Source: Octopus bimaculoides | Lineage: Eukaryota | Direction: 5' to 3' | DNA length: 64,000 bases | NCBI RefSeq assembly: GCF_001194135.2 | Contig: NC_068987.1 | Span: 25,915,018-25,979,017 of the forward strand | Shown: positions 52,301-64,000 of the stretch, in pieces | Layout of the letters: each line of letters starts with the position of its first letter | Position numbering within the stretch: the stretch's first letter is position 1 | Notes under the pieces: model-generated | The model's input: only the letters and a program-made list of their open reading frames with translations | Databases searched by the model: none | Told to the model about the DNA's origin: nothing | Program-made: the position numbers and the translations under genes

Positions 52301-55021
52301 AAGAAAGAAATAACCAGTTAGTTGTGATAAATTAATCTACATGAAATTTATCTCTGCTTTACTTTAGTGGCTGAACATTTGAACAAATGTTAGTCAATAT
52401 CTACAGAAAAAGTATGGGGCCAAAAGGAATTTCAGGCCATATTTTTTTTTAAATCGGGTAAATAATTTATGATGTATCTCTGGAGGGTCACTATGCCAAT
52501 AATAAACTCATGCACAGATTCTGTTTCACTTCTTTTATTATTATTAACCATTTAACTACCACCACCATCAGTCAATCAATCAAATCAATTAGGTTTGTGT
52601 TGAAATCATTTCATCACCATTTGCCCCCTCTACACCAGGTCTGCTGGTTGAGTAATTGACTAATAATGGTAAAGGAATTCAAATGTAGCTGTGTGTTTAT
52701 TAATGCCATAATATTGTTTCAATGTATAAGTGTACACCAAGAATCTTGCAAATCAAATGCAAAAACAAAATAGTTTATTTTTCTATATTAGTAACAAAGT
52801 TAAGTTTAGCAAAAAATATGGCAATGTGGGGTTTGATTTCAGTAAACCTGACCATGCAAGTTTTGTAGCAATAAAGGTGAATTTGTATGTATTTACATAA
52901 TCTGCTACAAACAACAACCATATTTTACATAAAACACATCCTTCTCTAATTTGAAAGGACCCCTCTAAAAGGATAGAGTGTTTATGACTGAATAGTTGAC
53001 TAAATAACAATAACAGTTAAAAAGGGTTTTTTTTAAAAAAGCTATATATTTTCATTGTAATGTAAACCAGTCACTGTCATCATTAATGTCATTTAATGTT
53101 TCATTTTCAAATACTGGTAGCATGTACCATACTTTCATATAATTGTTTTAGGTATATGTAGTGGTGATGAGATATATACACACTCTCAGCCCTTAACCCA
53201 AAGGAACATCAAAAATGTAACAGCTTATAGAAACGAGGGCTGCTTTACTGCACTCAGCTGGCTCGCCTTTTCAGCTAAGCAGACTTGAGTAACATGAAAT
53301 GATGTACCTTGATCAAGAGGACAGTGCACCCATTCCAGGAATTGAACCCACAGCTTTATGTCCATGAGTACAACACCCTAATCACTAAACCAAACTAGGA
53401 ATTTAATATAAGATGCATGCCTGTCAATTTGTAAAACTGAAGATTCATTATTATTCTCTGCACAGAATTATCCCCACAGGTTTTTATATTCCTTCAGTTC
53501 ATCACAGGTACTTAAAGGATTCCCTTCTCTTGATATAGAAACTCATAGGAGAATGGTTGTACCATGTTGCAGAATAAAGAACTTCTAGTCTGAGTTCATC
53601 ACAGAGATATCTTTGTTATTATCAAACCGACTGCTGATAACATACTAACCTATATCTCATAACATACAGACAGCAAGACAAACTACTTTTTTTTTACAAG
53701 TCTGCTACATAATTATGGAGATAAAGCATGTGAAATAATTACAGGAATTGTGAAGTCTATTGTATGAAAACATACCTATAAATATTACTTACCTGTGAAC
53801 AAAGATCAGATTTTCATTCTCCTTGGAAACATTAACTTCTGGTAATCATCTCCCCTTTTCTTTGAGAGTTTCTAACAATTAGCGGTGGGGCAATCAATTA
53901 AAAAATTTTGTGTACAGAATTTTGTACATCAGCCTTTAACTTAGAAAAATTTATGTAATTGGCCTATTTGAGTTAATTCCCTTTGCTCATTTAAAAAAAT
54001 ATACTATTGAAGTATATTTAAACTACAATGAGGCCTATAAATGTTTTCAGGCATTCAGGCACCTATTTTCAACTGCTTAGTGACTTGATGTACGTAGTAA
54101 TAAAGTGTCTTGATGAGAAAAACAGTAGAGCACTTACGCTCTGAACATGCATCATAGGAACATGTTGGTCCAGTGTTTTTCCTATCCTACTTTCATCTGT
54201 TTTGACAATTGCTGCACATGGATGTGCAGGCCTGGACAAGATATTTTAATGGAAACTGTCAGTTTCTCTTGTATGCAGATCTCTCCTCTTCTCACCAATG
54301 ATGGTTAGCCAAAAGAAAGAGTCAACTCGGGCTGGTATAGTTTGGCACCAGTGTCATCATTGCTGTCAGGACACAAAGAGCTAGAATAGGTATTGCTGGG
54401 CATCTTTCTTTACTCTGTAACAGTTCTGCTAATCTACTGTTCTAGCTTAGAACTTATATACACCCTAAAAGGATGAAAGGTAAAGTTGACCTATGTCAGA
54501 TTTAAAAGCAGAGTGCATTGACAAAACAAATACAATGAGACAATTTTACTAAAATGCTCTAATGACTGCCAATTTGCCATTGACTAGTTAGTCCAATTAA
54601 TTCATATAATTCTCTGTAACTGGTCTCTTTAATTGTTGCCCAAACATTAAATGAAACTTTTAATAGTCTAAGCAAAACTATCTTAAATTCAAAGTTAATG
54701 TGTAGCATTCAAACATTCATGCGGGTTAATGAGTACACATCTGTAAATTCAAATGAGTAGCAATGTTTTGATATGCTTGACATCAACTCAGTGATTGTGT
54801 GGCTGTGTGCATGCAGCTAAGTGGGGAATATTGTATACAAGTATTAAAGAAATCAAACTAAAAGAAGCAATGTCAGCAAATCAAGTATTTCTTTAATCTA
54901 CAAATTACTCTTTGTTTTTCTTATTTATTTATGAAAGAACAGAGAGCAGCCTTAATAACCAGTATTGAAATTCAATAAGGGATCCTGTATGTGGCCACTT
55001 GGTCTAGCAGAAATAGCAGAA

Positions 55022-55414
55022 GGCGGCGAGCTGGCAGAATCATTAGCACGCTGGGCGAAATGCTTAGCAGTATTTCGTCTGCCGTTACGTTCTGAATTCA
55101 AATTCCGCCGAGGTTGACTTTGCCTTACATCATTTCGTGGTCGATTAAATAAGTACCAGTTATGCACTGGCGTCGATACAATCGACTTAATCCGTTTGTC
55201 TGTCCTTGTTTGTCCCCTCTATGTTTAGCCCCTTGTGGGCAATAAAGAAACAAGTATTTCGTCTGTCGTTACGTTCTGAGTTCAAATTCCGCCGAGGTTG
55301 GTTTAACCTTTCATCCTTTCGGAGGGTCGATGTAATCGACTTAATCCCTTTGTCTGTCCTTGTTTGTCCCCCTCTGTGTGTAGCCCCTTGTGGGCAGTAA
55401 AGAAATAAGAAATA
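55022..55414 (+). mobile_element. Head-to-tail partial dimer of SINE B inside a single TSD pair
   Basis: Full monomer followed by a second copy restarting at gtatttcgtctg (about 55254). 13-bp TSD AGAAATAGCAGAA at 55009-55021 and 55415-55427. Confidence 0.85.
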
Positions 55415-55939
55415 AGAAATAGCAGAAAAATATCTTTCAAATCACAGCCAGAAATCTTCCAGAGGAAAAAAAACATAGGATAATGTTCCTGGTGCTATGT
55501 TACAAACTTCATATTTTAAATTGATCTAAATTAAAACCCCCCCATCAAAATTTCACTTTAAGTTATGTTCCATATTCTAGCTTAATAATGAAAAAGTTAT
55601 TTTACTAAATGTTTCATTATTTTCAAAATTAATTGAAATAAAGGCAGTGTATTTCAACAGGAATATTTTAACAAAAGCCTCTAATCATAAGTCAGTTTGA
55701 CTTGCAGCCAAACAACAACAACAACAACAACTGTCTCTCCTGCCTGCTTTGTTTTCTCTGCATATCCTCTACCATGATTACAATGCTTTTGTAGATCACT
55801 AAACTTGCATGTTGTGTAGCTGTATACTTCTGCAACCCAAAATATCTTAAACAATTACAAAGACATTCCAATGGATATCAACCATATCAGTAGTTCAGAT
55901 TGTCTGAAAAAAAAAAAAGAAATGATTTAATTAATTTAT

Positions 55940-56157
55940 AACAATTGCAGCGTGGAAGGTGTTTATAAGCCATTTATAATAACACACAAAACCCGTTAGA
56001 TTCACTTCAACATTTAAATTTAATTTGTCAAAATATTTTCGTCGCTTTGAGACCGCGACCTGTTCACTGACAAAATTCCGTGCTGCATGAAGTGAATCTA
56101 ACAGTTTTTGTGTGTTATTTTAAATGGCTTATAAACACCTTCCACGCTGCAATTGTT
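55940..56157. repeat. Foldback element: 70-bp inverted arms (67/70) around a 78-nt spacer
   Basis: 55940-56009 versus the reverse complement of 56088-56157. Confidence 0.92.
56024..56074 (-). ncRNA. Candidate minimal type I hammerhead ribozyme with G3-C8 core variant
   Basis: Minus strand: TTTGTCA|GTGAACA|G|GTCGC-ggtctcaaa-GCGAC|GAA|AATATT|T|TGACAAA. This parses as 7-bp stem I, core, 5-bp stem II, GAAA, palindromic stem III and stem I'. Confidence 0.55.
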
Positions 56158-57004
56158 TTCGTTCCAGTACACGATCTCAGATCAGGTCACTTGCTATGCA
56201 AGTACATCTCCGTAATTTATAACAATATCATTGAAAACAATCATAATAGCCATTCAAAATAAACATACACTTGCATATATTTTCCAAAAGATTTTTTTTT
56301 GTCACTATCTCTAAGTTTGGATGCTACCACAAGGTGAAAATATCTGCCATTTCAAACACTGACTCTGTTGAAGGACATCTATCTAAATAAGGCATGAACA
56401 ACCTTTAATGAGAAGTGGGCCACATGAAACGTTGCTTATCATCAGGTGGGTTGCACTACTAAAAAAAAAAAAAAAAGATAATTTTTCATTTGCATGCCAT
56501 TCAGAAAGTCCTACGGGTTACAGATTGTCGATGATTGGTCTGAATCATCAAATACTTTTTCTCTCCTCATGGTGACCAAACTTATCTAGTCCTACAAACT
56601 ACATTTTATGGTCATTATTGCTGAAACTCTCAGTTGATTCCTTGAATCCTGATTCTTACATATACATACCGTTGCATTCACTTTTTAGTTTGTGTTAGTA
56701 CTTAATGTTTGACCCCATGTCAGCTCTGTTCAAGCAGACCTCTGATCAGAGGCATTCCAGATATGACTGTGATGTCTTTTTGTGTATCTAGGACTATGCT
56801 ATCAAGTGCAACCTTTCATTTTAAAGATGATGTGACTTGAGGGATATATAGCTGCTATTTCTAGCAGGTTAATCAGTCAACTAAATGCTTCTTTATTGGC
56901 TTATATATAATGGCAGGTGAGAAGCAGAATTGGTACCATGGCAGACAAAATATCTGTAGTATTTCTGTACATTCTGAGTTCAAATCCTGCCCAAGTTCAC
57001 TGTG

Positions 57005-58065
57005 CGAAGTGTGATCAATGAGTATCCAGATTGTTGCCATAGTAACACAGCTAAAGCATGCAAAGTGAAGCTGCTTCGCACATATTGACTTTGGACTCTG
57101 CTGTGCACGCACACTATGCTTCAATGTTCTAGCTCACTTCTGCTGTTTACAGCAGTGCTTGGAAGAAACGTGTGTAGCATGTGATCGTTTCATTGACCAT
57201 GACAGAGAAAGTTGTCATAGCGATACCTGCTCAGAGGCCTACGCAAAGTTGCAGAAAGTGTATGAGCCCCACACAAGTGTACAAGTGGTTCAGACGTTTC
57301 CAAGATGGCTGAAAATATGTTGATAGGGACAAACGTTCCAGGAGACCCGCAACCAGCAGAACTGAGAAAGACATTGTAGATGTACATGCAGCTGTGAGGG
57401 GGAATTGGCGAATTACCATTCGTGAGTTATCAGAGGATGTGCAGATTAGTTCAGTCCATTATCATCATCATCATCATCATCATCATCGTTTAACGTCCGC
57501 CTTCCATGCTAGCATGGGTTGGACGATTTGACCGGATGGCAACACCAGGCTCCAATCTGATTTGGCAGAGTTTCTACAGCTGGATGCCCTTCCTAACGCC
57601 AACCACTCAGTGTTTGAGTGTAGTGGGTGCTTTTATGTGTCACCCACATGAAGGCCCACTGAAGATTTGGGTATGAGACGTGTGTCAGCCAAGTTTGTGC
57701 CAAAACTGCTTTCAGCTGACCAAAAAGACACTCGAATTTCAGTTGCACAAGATCTTGATTGACTAGAGAAGGATGAAAACTTTTTGGAAACTTTGCATAC
57801 TTCTCTGAGCTGGTATCACCAAGCTTTTTTGCAAAATTTGATGCAGATTCTCTGCTCAACTTTCTCTGTCATGGTTAATGTGACGATCATGCACTACACA
57901 CGTTCCTTCCAAAACTGCTGTAAATAGCAGAAGTGAGCTAGAACGTTAAAACTTAGTGCACGTGTACAGCAGAGTTCAAGGTCAATCTGTGCCAAGCGGG
58001 TTTACTTTGTGTGCTTTAGTTTCGTTACTATGGCAACAGTCCGGATACTTATTGATCAGACCAAG
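57005..58065 (+). mobile_element. Internally deleted mariner with about 205-bp TIRs; family D inserted at about 57452-57655
   Basis: 57005-57211 is an inverted match to 57860-58065, with TA at the right end. Transposase N-terminal fragments VYKWFRRFQDG, RSRRPATS, ITIRELSE and LGMRRVSAKFVPKLLS; no DD34D region. Confidence 0.88.
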
Positions 58066-58787
58066 TATTTTTCATACTTCTAAGTTCTTATTATTGACTT
58101 ATATTCTAAAAGAAACATCATCATCATCATCATTGTCGTTTAACGTCCACTTTCCATGCTGGCATGGGTTGGATGGTTTGACTGAGGACTGGCAAGCCAG
58201 AAGGCTGCACCAGGCTCCAATCTGATCTGGCAAAGTTTCTACTGTGTATGGATTAAGATCCCACTGTACAAGCAGTGTCAACTTTGGTATGGTATCTATG
58301 GTTGGATGCCTTTCCTAATGCCAAACACTTTATGGTGTGTACTGCATCCTTTGTTTTATAGCACCACTAGTGAAGCCACATTGTAGCATGCATGACTATG
58401 AATACCTACACTATCTCTCTCTCTCTCTCTCTCTCATATCTCATTAGCCTGTTATCATGTAACATGCTTCACGATTTTAGTATACATACCTTATTAGTAT
58501 GTCCTTCTATGTTTTATATACTCTGCGAATGCATTAAAGCCCTTTTCAGGGCTATTTTATTTGAATTCTCATTATCGGGTAACTAATTTCATGTTATTAC
58601 ATAACCGACTTCACAATTTGGGTATTCATAGCTTATTGGGATTTCCTAAAAACAAGATCCTGTGTAAGACAGTTCGGTATTCTCTATAAATGCACAAAAA
58701 CCGTTTTAAGGGCTACATACTTTGTATTGTTGTTATTGGATTAGTGAAACAATTATGAGAATGGAACCAAGGGATAAGCCCCACTTT

Positions 58788-58815
58788 CCCGGGAATTACT
58801 GGGTACATCAGCTAG
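58788..58815 (+). mobile_element. Probable non-autonomous Helitron 3' end
   Basis: GC hairpin CCCGG-gaatta-CTGGG, then 8 nt, then CTAG|T. The 5' end was not identified. Confidence 0.45.
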
Positions 58816-58901
58816 TATATATATATATATATATACACACATACATACATACATGCACTATATATATATATATACTCTGTGTGTGTGTATTTGTATATAT
58901 A

Positions 58902-58963
<62 letters not shown>

Positions 58964-59065
58964 TGCACTATATATGCTGTGTATGTTCATGTATGTGTGT
59001 GTATATATATATACATCACACACACACACATATATGCATATATATATATATACACACACATACAT
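58816..59065. repeat. Compound (TA)n/(CA)n/(TG)n microsatellite
   Basis: Visible directly. Similar tracts lie at 325-445, 16298-16370, 47970-48060, 61910-61990 and 62625-63030. Confidence 0.9.
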
Positions 59066-59735
59066 GAACATACACATATGTTCAATATACTGTTAGGTGA
59101 ATTTTTTTCTGAATTGAGAATCCATAGAACTGGTGCTTATCGCTTGGTTAATAATGTAATATTAATTAGGTGAGAAATATGCAACACTGGATACAATGTG
59201 AGTCAACTGGAGCTCGTGTTTCTAGTGTGAGAATTCAACATTAAATCATGTAGTAGTAATTCCACTCTTTATGGATTTTAAACACCCACTAAAAGGAGAT
59301 TTTGTTTGCTATTTGCATGGATAATCCTGGTTAATCAAGGAAGTTTTGTGGCTCTCAATATGATATGTGAAAATCTGCCATATTTATATCCAGTATACAG
59401 AATGCTATCCCTGTGGTATTTACCCTCAGTTACATTATTGATTCAGTAGCTTGGTATTGTATACAGGAATAATATATACAAACTTTAGTGTGTGTGTGTG
59501 TATGTATGTATCCATGCAGGCAGGTAGATAGAAGTGAGTTTGGAGGGATATGATATTCAGGCAGATATCAAATTAACTCTCAGTGAAGTTCCAGTTAATG
59601 GCTAACCCTAGCAATTAGCATTTGATGTCTGTGACTACATTTAGTTGCTAGTCACTCCGCCAGTTCTTCCGATGGGTAATTCTGTGTTCTCTTTGCTAGA
59701 CAGTAAATAAGTGTATATCAATATCAATAATAATA

Positions 59736-59926
59736 AAGAGTATGGAGACTTGTACATCCACAAAATTTATTTTATAGTTATATTGAGCATCAAAGATAAC
59801 CAAATGAACAGGCCCTGATGAAGCTGCACCAACAATATTACAAGGTGGAAATATGTATAGGTCATTATAATATGCTGTATATAACTATAAAATAAATCTT
59901 GTGGATGTACAAGTCACCATACTCTT
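59736..59926. repeat. Foldback element: 47-bp inverted arms (45/47) around a spacer containing CTGATGA...GAAA
   Basis: 59736-59782 versus the reverse complement of 59880-59926. Confidence 0.88.
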
Positions 59927-60136
59927 CTAATTTGGCGATGGTATTAATAGCAATTTGTTAATTATGACACATTCTCTAGAAACAGAAATTTTAATAAATC
60001 AAGAATTTACATTGTATGGTATTTAATGTAAAAGAAGACCTGTCTGCCTCAAAAGAATTGATACTGGTGCTGGTTCCACGTAAAAAGCACTCATGCTGGT
60101 GACATGTTGAAAGCACCCAGTACACTTTATGAAGTG

Positions 60137-60522
60137 TAGAGGTACAATGGCCCATTGGTTAGGGCAGCGGACTTGCGGTCATAGGATCGTGGTTTCGATT
60201 CCCAGATCGGGCGTTGTGAGTCTTTATTGAGCGAAGATACCTAAAGCTCCACGAGGCTCCGGCAGGGGATGGTGGCGAACCCTGCTGTACTCTTTCACCA
60301 CAACTTTCTCTCACTCTTACTTCCTGTTTCTGTTGTGCCTGTAATTCAAAGGGCCAGCCTTGTCACACTCTGTGTCACGCTGAATATCCCCGAGAACTAC
60401 GTTAAGGGTACATGTGTCTGTGGAGTGCTCAGCCACTTGCACGTTAATTTCACGAGCAGGCTGTTCTGTTGATCGGATCAACTGGAACCCTCAACGTCGT
60501 AAGCGACGGAGTGCCAACAACA
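60137..60522 (+). mobile_element. SINE C nested in a family D/RTE 3' end (about 60060-60670)
   Basis: 13-bp TSD ACTTTATGAAGTG at 60124-60136 and 60523-60535; the host element resumes with tggttggcattagaaagggcatcc. Confidence 0.9.
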
Positions 60523-62623
60523 ACTTTATGAAGTGGTTGGCATTAGAAAGGGCATCCAACTATAGAAACCATGCTAGAACAGACAATGGAGGTTGGCGCA
60601 CCCCTTGGCCTTACCAGCTCCAGTCAAACCATCCAACCCATGCCAGCATGGAAAAAGGACATTGAATAATGATACATACATACACATGTATGTATACATA
60701 CCATCATCATTATTAAAGGGATGTTGAATAATGAGGATAATGAACTCTTTTCTATATACTCTCTCTTTTATAAAATTTCAGTTTAATGCCTGACCAAAAT
60801 ATTTCTTGATTTTTTTCTTGTTATTGTTGTTGTTGTTGCTGTTGTATATTTGCAATCTCCTTTCCCTCTAAGAGTTAGTCTACAGTTAACAGTAATATAT
60901 GCTGCACCATATTCCACCCTAGACCTGTTTGTAGACCAGCTGGAAACAAATGGAATGTTATGTACCAAATAAAGAGTCAGACACATTTAGTGATGTACAT
61001 AATTGCAGTAATTTCTGTTAAATTATCTGTGACCATGGGAATTCATTTTCCAACTAGATTTTTATACTTTTTTTTATTCTATCTCTAATATTGTGTTTGT
61101 CTTATGACAGTTTTAAGAATCATCTGAAATGGACAAGGAATACACAGAAAATTCAACTGAGAGAAGATATGTGATGATAGGCAAACATCAGTCCAGTAAA
61201 TGATCCCAGTCTGATCTTGTGCAAGAAGTCAAGCCAGACTATAAACCCCTTTATAAATAGATAATGCAAAGGATTTGGTGATACTGTGCTGATTGGAAAC
61301 AAAACATCTTCCTCTCCTGTGATAAACACTATTGTGCTACTTTTGTGCACAAGATTATAATTCATCTTCCTCGTTTAACATGTCCAGCCACTAAACATTA
61401 TATGTCACTGGTTTTACCACATTTGTTTGCTTGAATGTATGTCCATTTAGGTATCTCAAGAAGTGTTGAAATTAGGATGGGAAGTGTAATTCTTTTAACA
61501 ATGATTACTGAGCAAAAGTATCTTTTCTTGAAAGTTACTTTATTTTTAGAGTCCACTTTTATCAAACAAGTCTTATGCTGAATAATTCACAGATTATATG
61601 GAAGACAAAATGACTAGAGTATTTCTTCCCAAAATGAACTGCAATAAAACTTCATTCATTTAGACACAGACATAGTCATGTGGTTAGAATGTTCAATTTG
61701 TAATCATGAGGTTCAAGGTTCATTCTCACTGTACAGCACTAATATGCCCTGAGGCTGACCAATGCCTTGTGAATGAAATTAGTGGATAGAAGCTAAGAAT
61801 TCTATTGTGTGTGTGTGTTAGTGCATATATATACACATACATACATGCACACACATGTATGTATACATACCATCATCATTATTAAAGGATGATGATATGC
61901 ATACATGTATGTATGTATGTATGTATGTAAGTACGTATGTATGTATGAATGAATGTATGAATGAATGTATGTATGTATGTATGTATATGTATAAAATAAT
62001 TTCATTCAGGTGTTAATCTTGGAATTTACCTTACTATATTCATGCATTTTTATAGATTTGTGTGTGTGTGTGTGTGTGTGTTGATGTTTGTATGTTGACT
62101 AAAAACAAAGTCACCATTCATACAAAATGGTACCATTGTTTACAATTTGCTGTGTGAATATGTTCAGCCACATAGCTCTTTGTTATTTAAAGGAATAGGT
62201 GAAATAATACTTTGTATGGAAACAGGTATAGGTTGGTGACAAGAAGACGAAATTTACATCAATTTACATCAAGTTTTGTCTGACATATACCAGCATGGAA
62301 AAGCAGACATTAAAACAATGCTACTGATGTTGATGATGATATATATAGATACATAACAATATGATTTGCTGTTGATACTTGTGGCTGTAATATTTACTAG
62401 TGATAAAATACCTTCAGATCTACATTTTTACTCATTGCAATCATTGAACTATGGCCATGCTGGTGCACTGATTTTTACAAGTTTAGTATCATTCCTGTCA
62501 TCTGTGTTAATCATTATACTTTAGTTCTTATTTCGTTTTATTAACCTCTGTACACCAAATTGCGAAATTATCGTTTTTGGCATAAAGGCAGTCAGATCCC
62601 CCACTGATCCAAACCAGTAAACA

Positions 62624-62672
<49 letters not shown>

Positions 62673-62789
62673 GAGGGTGAGTCATAATGATGGGACACAT
62701 TTTAAATGATTGTATCTTGGATTATTGAAATGACATAGAGTACCAAATATATTTATTACATAACTGTCCCATCATTATGACCCACCTTG
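62673..62789. mobile_element. Small mariner-like MITE
   Basis: TIR core GGTG(A/G)GTCATAATGATGGGACA at both ends; TA at the right end. Confidence 0.7.
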
Positions 62790-62924
62790 TATATAAACAC
62801 ACACATAAATAGAGTAATACACAAATAGACATGTATACACTATACATACACACATGCACTCATATTTATATGCACACACACATGCAAGTACACACTTGCA
62901 ATATGCACATAAATACATGAACAG

Positions 62925-62983
<59 letters not shown>

Positions 62984-63483
62984 TAAATATCCACAGCCAC
63001 AAATACAGTAACACACACACACACACACAAAATGGCTTCTATGCATTTTCCATTTGTCAAATTCCTCTCACAAAGCATTGATCAACTGAAGAGACTCTGG
63101 TAGATAACACTTGCAGGATTGAAGCTAGAATCACATGATTGCAAAACAGACCTCTTTACCATTGTGCTGGGTATGCAAATGCCTGTGTCACAAGATGTGT
63201 CACAAGAATAATCATTTGACATATCACATGATAAGTCATAAGACCTGAACTGGATATGTCAGAAGGTTTATGTCATCATTCATAGATATTTTTCTTTATA
63301 CATTACAAGAGGAAATATTTCTTTGTCTTAAGGTGGCGAGCTTGTAGAATTGTTAGCATGCTGGGCAAAATGCTTTGTGGCATTCTGTCCATCTTTACAT
63401 CCTGAGTTCAAATTCCTTTTAGGGTCGATGAAATAAATACCAGTTGAACACCCAAAAAATTTATGTCATCATTGCACCTCCAC

Positions 63484-63516
<33 letters not shown>

Positions 63517-63681
63517 GTAATAATAATAATCCCTGGATTTATGAATATTTTAATGCATCCCTATGCATGTTTCTCTAATCACATGTTTCTTAAGATCATA
63601 GTCCATATTCCCGAGATGATTACTATGCAGTCCATAGTATCCATGGACATTGGGTAGATCATATTCATGCATTATCCAAGG

Positions 63682-63722
<41 letters not shown>

Positions 63723-63726
<4 letters not shown>

Positions 63727-64000
63727 TAGTTTTATTTTTATAACGTGCTTTCACTTCACTACCGAGCGCAGCTCTGTGCGCCTTGGGTATGTGCTGTGGT
63801 TTGCTGTGGTGCTCTTATGTTTACTGTATTGAAAGTGTTTTGCGTAGAATGTGTGCAGTACCCAGTAGTGCAATTTTCTGTATGTTATATATATTTGTAA
63901 GTCCTGCTATTTTTGTTATGTATTTGTCTGAATATTTTTTTATTATACCTAAGGCACCTACTATGATAGGAATTGTTTCTGTTTTTAGATTCCACATTCG
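63723..64000 (-). mobile_element. 3' end of an R4/Dong-clade non-LTR retrotransposon ending in (TAA)n; continues beyond the window
   Basis: Minus-strand open frame 64000-63821: RMWNLKTETIPIIVGALGIIKK...IQKIALLGTAHILRKTLSIQ*. A short 3' UTR follows, then (TAA)n at 63684-63722. Confidence 0.85.

Noticed and set aside
53470-53620. Two minus-strand GTGATGA (box C-like) motifs
   Set aside because: No properly spaced box D with a terminal stem could be identified for a C/D snoRNA.
60870-60975. Frame VIYAAPYSTLDLFVDQLE, reminiscent of a LINE AP-endonuclease
   Set aside because: It is too short and divergent to support without a database search.

Overview
AT-rich, repeat-saturated animal genomic DNA with seven assembly gaps. 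The SINE/RTE repertoire and microsatellite load point to an octopus-like cephalopod; this is an inference. One protein-coding gene is well supported: a 10-exon ZRSR2 (U2AF35-related splicing factor) on the + strand at about 4335-39608+. All nine of its introns are GT-AG with consistent phases. The protein has a CCCH-UHM/RRM-CCCH core and an RS tail built from a 36-bp tandem repeat, and the stop codon is obscured by a gap. The rest is mobile DNA: tRNA-derived SINE families (several with clean target-site duplications, TSDs), RTE LINE fragments and an RTE-tailed non-autonomous family, a decayed DD37E-like Tc1 element with IR/DR-type ends, a long-TIR mariner, pogo/Tigger, hAT and TTAA MITEs, CRE-like and R4/Dong-like REL retrotransposon 3' ends, and a probable Helitron end. 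The most unusual signal is a set of long foldback hairpins, two of which enclose hammerhead-ribozyme-like folds. One has the core C3-G8 pair swapped to G3-C8. No second gene could be supported, although 46-50 kb looks like a CpG-rich promoter/5' region.
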